Source: Hormiphora californensis (lineage: Eukaryota; Animalia; Ctenophora). From it: a DNA stretch of 64,000 bases. A program made the position numbers and the translations under genes. This document shows, in pieces, positions 59,183-64,000 of this stretch; within the stretch, counting starts at the first letter, position 1; the number at the start of each line of letters is the position of its first letter. Under the pieces are notes generated by a model, which did not search any database, was not told where the DNA came from, and was given only the letters and a program-made list of their open reading frames with translations. The stretch spans positions 4,402,001 through 4,466,000 of the forward strand of contig CM035351.1 of NCBI GenBank assembly GCA_020137815.1, given 5' to 3'.

Positions 59183-60988
59183 ATGGTTGTTTTGAAGGTG
59201 TTTCCTTGGACATCAGGGGAAAATAATAATCCTAAGAACGAGGGGGCTGTCTCTCGACCCGGGACGACGGCCGGCGATGACCCCTTTCTGTTCGGATTCC
59301 AGGACCTCGCTAGCGACTATGTGCAGGTGTTACAGGAGAATGCCCGGCCACGTTGGTGTAGAATTCTCTGGTGGATTTTAGTCGCTGTACTGGGAGCACT
59401 GACTGTCTTTATGGTGTACGAATTGTTGAGCGACTACTTTGCATACGAATCATTTAACACGGCCTCAACTGCCTGGACTACTAAACTAGTTCTCCCCGCC
59501 ATCACCATTTGTAGTACCAACTTCATCAACTACACGGACCTAAAACCTGAGTTAATCAGCTTCGGAGATACAGGACAGTTCAAGTATATTGTGACACAAG
59601 TTCAGAAACGGGTCGCTCAAGGTCGGGATCCTAGCAAGCTCAAATTAATGGATGAGTATAAGAATGTTAGTGCATTTGAAGATTATGTTGGATCTATCGA
59701 TTACGTATACGCAAACCACCTGTACGGGACATTTGTGGGAGAGTACGATTACACTTTTGCTGGTATTGGAAACATCATAAGTTACGCTGAGTGGGACAGC
59801 TTGCAAGGAATGACTCAACTGGGGAGGTGTTTGGAAATTAACGACGATAAATCGTTTTATCAGACCTATTACAGTGATTCAGCGGGATTTACCATCGATG
59901 CCAGTGCAAACTTGGACGATTATCTCTTTTCCACACGGACACAGGGATTCAAGGTTTTCCTTCGAAGCCATGACGAAACAGTGATGATAGACCAGGGTGG
60001 ATATCTTGTTCAACCCGGAACGGAGACTTTCTTCAAGATCTCCGCTAAAAAGGCACTGCGGTTGGGATCACGATGGGGGACATGCCGGAACGTGCCCAGT
60101 GCATACTCCAAGTACGGAAATGACTCCAATCCGCATTATGAGACGGTACGGGAGTGTCTCCAGCGACAAAGAATTGATCTGTACGCAAAGAAGTGTAGCT
60201 GTATGCCGTGGTACTTTGTGAGTCGGATGAAAACACTAGAAAGAGAGGAAGTGCTCGACAAACTGATAGAGAAGATTGACGCTGGAGATGATAACACTAC
60301 TGACAATCATGAAGACCATGACAGAAAACGCAGACAAACAAAGTTTCGGAATTCCGTGAGAGTAACAAAACATCACGGAAAGAAGTCTGCAGTAAAAGGT
60401 GACAAGGATGATAGGCGAAAGAGGGATACAGTTGAAGACACGACAACACCATGGTACGATACTTACACCACTACCCAGCCAACTTCAGGGACTCCCTTCT
60501 GGTCGGATTTGGAGTACAGCACGTACACCTGCTCCTTCGCCGAGCTGCTGATCTGCGAGGCCTACATAGAGGAGGAAATAGCTAATGGACACATTGTTAT
60601 GGAGGATTGCCCTGAGCCGTGTGAGTATTTAGAGTGGGATGCTGAGGTCGCATCCTCCAGTTTTCCGCCCTCTGAGCAGTACTACAACGAATATATCAAA
60701 GACGACTGGTACATCGAGGCAAACACCTCCTACAGCTATGCAAAAGAAAACTTTGCAAGAATCCACATATACTATGATGATCTAAAGACAACTACCAACG
60801 AACAAGTGAAGGCATACGAAATTCAAAACTTTATTGCTGAGTTTGGCGGTACTGTGGACTTGTTTATTGGGTTCTCTTTTTTCACGGTCTTTCAACTCAT
60901 GGAGATTGGTGTTGCGTTTTGTTTTTACAATTGCCATAAACGAAGAAAATCCGCCAACGCTACAAAAGCAGCTACTCCTAAGGTATAA
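59183..60988 (+). CDS. DEG/ENaC family sodium channel subunit, intronless
   Basis: TM1 RILWWILV; LPAITICSTN; cysteine-rich thumb; CPEPCEY; NFARIHIYYDDL; TM2 FIAEFGGTVDLFIGFSFFTVFQLME. Confidence 0.93.
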   Translation: MVVLKVFPWTSGENNNPKNEGAVSRPGTTAGDDPFLFGFQDLASDYVQVLQENARPRWCRILWWILVAVLGALTVFMVYELLSDYFAYESFNTASTAWTTKLVLPAITICSTNFINYTDLKPELISFGDTGQFKYIVTQVQKRVAQGRDPSKLKLMDEYKNVSAFEDYVGSIDYVYANHLYGTFVGEYDYTFAGIGNIISYAEWDSLQGMTQLGRCLEINDDKSFYQTYYSDSAGFTIDASANLDDYLFSTRTQGFKVFLRSHDETVMIDQGGYLVQPGTETFFKISAKKALRLGSRWGTCRNVPSAYSKYGNDSNPHYETVRECLQRQRIDLYAKKCSCMPWYFVSRMKTLEREEVLDKLIEKIDAGDDNTTDNHEDHDRKRRQTKFRNSVRVTKHHGKKSAVKGDKDDRRKRDTVEDTTTPWYDTYTTTQPTSGTPFWSDLEYSTYTCSFAELLICEAYIEEEIANGHIVMEDCPEPCEYLEWDAEVASSSFPPSEQYYNEYIKDDWYIEANTSYSYAKENFARIHIYYDDLKTTTNEQVKAYEIQNFIAEFGGTVDLFIGFSFFTVFQLMEIGVAFCFYNCHKRRKSANATKAATPKV

Positions 60989-61546
60989 TCAATTTCATCT
61001 CGCATCTCACATCCACAGAATCGATGTGATAAACAGTACAAAATATTTCTAAAGAACACTGAGAATTAAAATGTACGTTTTACAGAGACCATTAAAAAGT
61101 AATTGTTTTCGTGAATGAGTTTCATTGTCAAAGAATTTATGAAAATATGTTGCAACTCAAACAAACTAAATACATATTCATGATATTTGAAATCGGATTT
61201 TTGGCGGGTTTGCCCATCAACACAACAAAAACTAGAAAATCCACAGACTCAGCAAGGTGTCATTAAATAACCAGTTCTGTATTGTGAGCCGAACGTGACA
61301 ATTAGTTCCTTTGTTATTCAACAAACAATTTCCAACTTTCTCGGATCTCTTTATTCACCCAGGAGGCGGGAAGGAAAAACATTGTTCATTAACAACTCTG
61401 ACATAATCGTATGGCAGTACATGAATTCTCGGGTGGTGCATCTAATAAAGTCACCCAGCTGGGGCCTGGGACGTCTCTGGGAGAGCGTTGGCATACGCTG
61501 CAGGCCCCTTTACAAGGGGGTGCACGTATGAGGGGGCGCATGAGGG

Positions 61547-62200
61547 GCCGTTACGATCTGGGTGTTTCGTGGACTGTTTACAGGTGTGCACGCTGCCAAA
61601 AAAGTTGATTCACTAAAATGGCTCTAACCGCCGAACCACTATACCGTTGTGATTAATTCAAAGTTTATCTGGTAGGAAATCTCAAGGCCTAACCCAAACC
61701 CAAACCCCCAACCGGCAACCCTAACCCTAACCCTACTTTAGCCCTAACCCTAAAAAACCGTTTGTCAGCACTCACGAAACACCCAGATTTTAACGCTGGC
61801 CGTAAGATGGACACTTCAAATTTGGAAAAACTCCTTCCTAACCTCCAAATGTTAGGTCTCTATCAGGATGGAACAAGAAAGGTCTCAATCTTATCAGGGG
61901 TGAGACACCGGACGACAACCTTTTACACAATTCAAAAGGGTGAGGACAGTTTTTCAACGGGCGCCGTTACGATCTGGGTGTTTGGTGGCCTATTTACAGG
62001 TGCGTGCTGCCAAAAAAGTTGATTCACTAAAATGGCTCTAACCGCCAAACCACTCAACCGTTTTGACTGATTCAAAGTTTATATGGTAGGGAATGTTAAG
62101 GCCTAATCCCAACCCAAGCCCTAACCCTAACCCCAATTTAGCCCTAACCCTAAAAAACCGTTTGTCAGCACTCACGAAACACCCAGATTTTAACGCTGGC
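61547..62200. mobile_element. two direct copies (61547-61800, 61963-62200) of a MITE with internal ccctaa repeats
   Basis: Inverted ends cgttacgatctgggtgttt / aaacacccagattttaacg; internal ccctaaccctaa. Confidence 0.75.
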
Positions 62201-62213
62201 CTTTTTCAAATCC

Positions 62214-62359
62214 ACTAACCCCAACACCGATTGGCATCACTTTCCGACAGCCGAAGAGAAGCTGCCGAAGAGAGAAAGGGGGTAACCGTATGAAGAGTTA
62301 ATCGCGATGAGTCTCATTCACATTGGGTTCGATCATTTGCCCCCGGTGTTGGGGTTAGT
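62214..62359. repeat. 146-bp segment bounded by a perfect 16-bp inverted repeat
   Basis: actaaccccaacaccg / cggtgttggggttagt. Confidence 0.7.
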
Positions 62360-63810
62360 AATAAATAAATAAATCTTAAAATCACTCACTCAAATAAATA
62401 ATAAATATTACAAATAAAAAGTCAGTCAGTAAAATCACACATTGCGATGGGAGGTGGAGTCGTGAACTTTTTCCTCGTGCCCCTCAGTGAGACCAAGGTA
62501 CTTCTGAGGAGACAGAACCGTATCCGCGTTCTCAAGAAATTAATCACCTCAGCGTATTTGTCCTTGTGTTTCGTTGAGATGCGTGAAGCTAACTTTTTGA
62601 TTAATCGTCCAGCCTCTGGTCCGGAACCTCCGGAGGTAGCCATCACAAACGGGGTGAAAGCCCCTCTCTCCGCTTCTCTGATTCGTTGTTGGTAATCACG
62701 TTTCTTCCGACTTTCATTCATTTTATACAGAGATTTTGGGTCTTTTCCTCTGTAACTGGGTGCAGTGGGATGAAATACTGCAACGTCCACGTGGGCCCCC
62801 TGTAGTCCTCTCCATAACCCAATAGCATACACGTCACTGCGAGCATCAGGTGCTGTATTGACACTCCGGGGGTAGTCATCTGGGTTAACTGGCTGCAACA
62901 CTTTCTCAATTTCAACACCCTTGTATCCTGCATGGGTAATAATGTCTGCAAGGGTATCTCTAATCTCGTTGTGCCGCAGGATAGTAAACCCGCCAGTACT
63001 ACAGCTCAGGGCATGGTCTGCCCCATTCTGTTTTCCACATACACATTCAGAGAACTGGCCATTGATTTCAAAGCCATACCTGAGGCACATCGCGTCTGTG
63101 AACTCTGATTTGGATAGTTCTCTGTTGAAGATCTCCAAGGGCCGGGCAGAGAGCCAGGACGATGCTCCCGTCTCCATGTTTAGAAACAATGTCCTGGTCC
63201 ATTTTTCTTCCTCTTTACACACTGCCTCTCTTAGCGCCTTCTGTCTCTTCATCTCCTTGACACTGCATTCAAGCCTCCTCTCTGCGATTTCTTTCTCAAC
63301 TTCATGTATTGTCTTCTTGTTTTCATCCAATTCAAGTATGTTTAACACCAATGGCTCAGTGACATGCTCTGAATTTTTGTAGAAGACCGGGGCCGTCTCA
63401 ACAGGATTGTCTAGACCAAGGCCTCCCTCTCTTATTGGAAGAGCAAAGATTTTCCTCTCCATATCGCTGCACGGTCTTCCTATCAGCTTAGGTATCAGTC
63501 TGTTCCTTATGGCATCTTCGAGCCTTTGAAAAGAGTCTGCCGAGTCCGGGATGGTACGCTGGAGGTAAACCCATTTGAATTTCAGTGACGAGATGAAGTT
63601 CGAATAGGCGAGGTGTGGATGGCTACTGGCAATTTCAGCTAAGTTCTCAACCATGTCGCTCCACATCTCCACCTGGTCCTCAGTGTACTCCCAACTGTAT
63701 TCCATGGTCCCAATCGCCGCTCCAAGATGTTTCGCACCTTCCACCGTCAGATTTAAATCTGTGTCACTGAATAGCTCCTTAGCCTTTTTCAACACGCCCG
63801 GCTCCTGAAC
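62360..63810 (-). mobile_element. 5'-truncated CRE-like non-LTR retrotransposon (RT thumb, zinc knuckle, restriction-like endonuclease); ORF 62422-63795
   Basis: GAKHLGAAIG; LPIREGGLGL; CVCG...HALSC.TGG...RHNEIRD; PDARSDV...DV...ESRKKRDY; FTPFV; short AT-rich 3' UTR ending in (TTTA)n. Confidence 0.88.
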
Positions 63811-64000
63811 TTTTCATGATAAAATAAAGATGCCGCGCAGACGCAATACAGAGAAAAGGCAAAATCGGTGCGCGTTACATCTATCGCTATGTCTCTGCGC
63901 GGTGATCATAAGAAATGGGTCTCTGCGCGTTACAAAAAGTCATATTATCAACAACAACTCCCATGACACCACATACGTCATACAATTATAAACAAAGGCT

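Noticed and set aside
61690-62155. ccctaa repeats as a true or interstitial telomere
   Set aside because: They are short, degenerate and internal to MITE copies.

Overview
Eukaryotic, gene-dense animal genomic DNA with short GT-AG introns and many (CT)n tracts. The gene content (NIT-domain guanylyl cyclase, intronless DEG/ENaC, SLC9C) suggests an early-branching metazoan, possibly a ctenophore; this is an inference only. Recognisable genes are SLC9C-like, PSTPIP-like F-BAR/SH3, PHETA-like PH, WASHC1, a NIT-GC, CCSAP, PRPF3 with a multicopper oxidase nested in one intron, FAAP24, a TPR/MYND protein, a DEG/ENaC channel and an orphan secreted peptide. A 5'-truncated CRE-like retrotransposon lies at the right end. 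Four observations stand out. (1) About 13 frameshifts, all net +1, fall in single-exon coding sequences, while the spliced exons I read nearby are intact; this is either assembly error or recoding. (2) A 9.3-kb non-coding retroposon with a 15-bp target-site duplication (TSD) is built from tandem promoter-like monomers plus a structured 3' end and (CCAAA)n tail, and has a 1.5-kb sister copy. (3) Two DNA elements have poly-G/poly-C ends and 6-bp TSDs, one with flip-flop terminal hairpins. (4) Two kilobase-scale palindromic foldback elements share a terminal motif. Exon boundaries were read by eye and gene ends are approximate where stated.
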